From an uncultured Methanosarcinaceae archaeon (GTDB lineage: Archaea; Halobacteriota; Methanosarcinia; Methanosarcinales; Methanosarcinaceae): a stretch of 64,000 nt of DNA. The number at the start of each line of letters is the position of its first letter. Within the stretch, counting starts at the first letter, position 1. The position numbers and the translations under genes were made by a program. Positions 63,084 to 64,000 of the stretch are shown here, one piece after another. Where the stretch lies: contig CAWHXP010000008.1 of NCBI GenBank assembly GCA_963833425.1, positions 372,578 through 436,577 on the forward strand, read 5' to 3'. The notes below the pieces were generated by a model. That model was given only the letters and a program-made list of their open reading frames with translations, did no database searches and was not told the origin of the DNA.

Positions 63084-64000
63084 TTAAGTTCTATTGAAAT
63101 GACGCGCTAAAAGCGGGAGATAGTCAAAGTCACTTCCATTAACTCTGTAAGGCTGATCCCTAATTCCGTTTGAATTCGAATCGTCAACAATTTGAGAAAA
63201 TCCTGTACCATTCGGATTTGCCCATAAGTTTCCACCTAGATATGGGCCCTTTATAATATTCGTTCTTTTCGTTTTTGTAGTGTTCCAAAAATTACCTGCA
63301 CTATTTTCTACTCTCACATTTAAAGTGTTATTAAAATAATTATTGTAGATGTGATTATCAGTTATTTCATCCCGCAAATCGATACCCGATTCTTTACTGT
63401 AGATGACCATATTGTTTGATAGCTCATTTTCATGGCAGTTATCCCTCAAAAAGATGCCTATGCTACTGTTGGAAATAGTATTGTTGTAGACTCTGGATTT
63501 AAAGACGAAGGTAAGATCGATGCCGTAATTACAGTCTATTATTTTGTTATCACAAAGCACATTTTTCGCTTGAACATCATAAATTTCTATCCCAGTGCTG
63601 CAATTTAGGATATTATTTGTTGAAACAATATTATTTCCACCACAACAGCCAATGATTATTCCTCCACCATTTGAGACTCGATTCCGGAATACTGTATTAT
63701 TCCAGCACTGTGCACCCAGAGTAAGATCTCCTTTCACAATTGTATTACCTAGTAACTTGTTCTGGCTGCATCCTTCATCAAGCCATATGCTGTTATTGGA
63801 AAATTTATTATGTAAGAGTGTATTATTTATTGATTCCTGAAGGTAAACCCCATATCGATTTTCATAAAGGCTATTCCCCTCAATTATGCAGTTGTTAGCG
63901 TGTTCGAGGAAAATCCTTGCTGGAGGACCATAAACTCCATTCCATATCCCAAGTGTATTGGCAGTTTCCCCTGATCCAGTTATATTTAAACTCTTAATTG
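63084..64000 (-). CDS. NosD/CASH parallel beta-helix surface protein, 5' end beyond the window
   Basis: N-rich beta-helix repeats; IYNNYFNN...NFWN...NIIKGPYLGGNLWANPNGTGFSQ...DYLPL tail; frame open to the window end. Confidence 0.85.
   Translation of the reverse strand, partial: IKSLNITGSGETANTLGIWNGVYGPPARIFLEHANNCIIEGNSLYENRYGVYLQESINNTLLHNKFSNNSIWLDEGCSQNKLLGNTIVKGDLTLGAQCWNNTVFRNRVSNGGGIIIGCCGGNNIVSTNNILNCSTGIEIYDVQAKNVLCDNKIIDCNYGIDLTFVFKSRVYNNTISNSSIGIFLRDNCHENELSNNMVIYSKESGIDLRDEITDNHIYNNYFNNTLNVRVENSAGNFWNTTKTKRTNIIKGPYLGGNLWANPNGTGFSQIVDDSNSNGIRDQPYRVNGSDFDYLPLLARHFNRT

Overview
Archaeal DNA. Gene content and paralog families point strongly to Methanosarcina (inference). Intact housekeeping genes (cfbB/cbiA-like, endA, DUF2209, hflX, fen, thpR, PHP, JAB/MPN, rfcL, archaeal MtaB-type methylthiotransferase, glpX) are interspersed with AT-rich accessory DNA rich in pseudogenes, IS5 and IS200/IS605 relics and MITEs. 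The main feature is a decaying integrated element at about 26.8-39.3 kb. It carries a tyrosine integrase, a divergent wHTH/AbrB regulator pair with palindromic operator-like boxes, an NrS-1-type primase-polymerase fused to a DUF3987-like helicase whose 3' end holds an iteron/inverted-repeat origin-like array, a fragmented family A DNA polymerase (atypical for Archaea), an intact ParB-like/MT-A70 adenine methyltransferase, a relic of a second different PolA, and a terminase-small-subunit-like gene. No capsid or tail genes are seen. The layout resembles an archaeal PICI-like virus satellite. Other points of interest: a JAMM protease fused to pentapeptide repeats, a degraded SIR2 + nSTAND1 defence-like pair, a GC-rich bacterial-type nnrD, a CPBP protease with a single in-frame amber codon, and a structured leader upstream of a bacterial-type MFS gene. 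All family calls come from motif recognition by eye; no searches were run.
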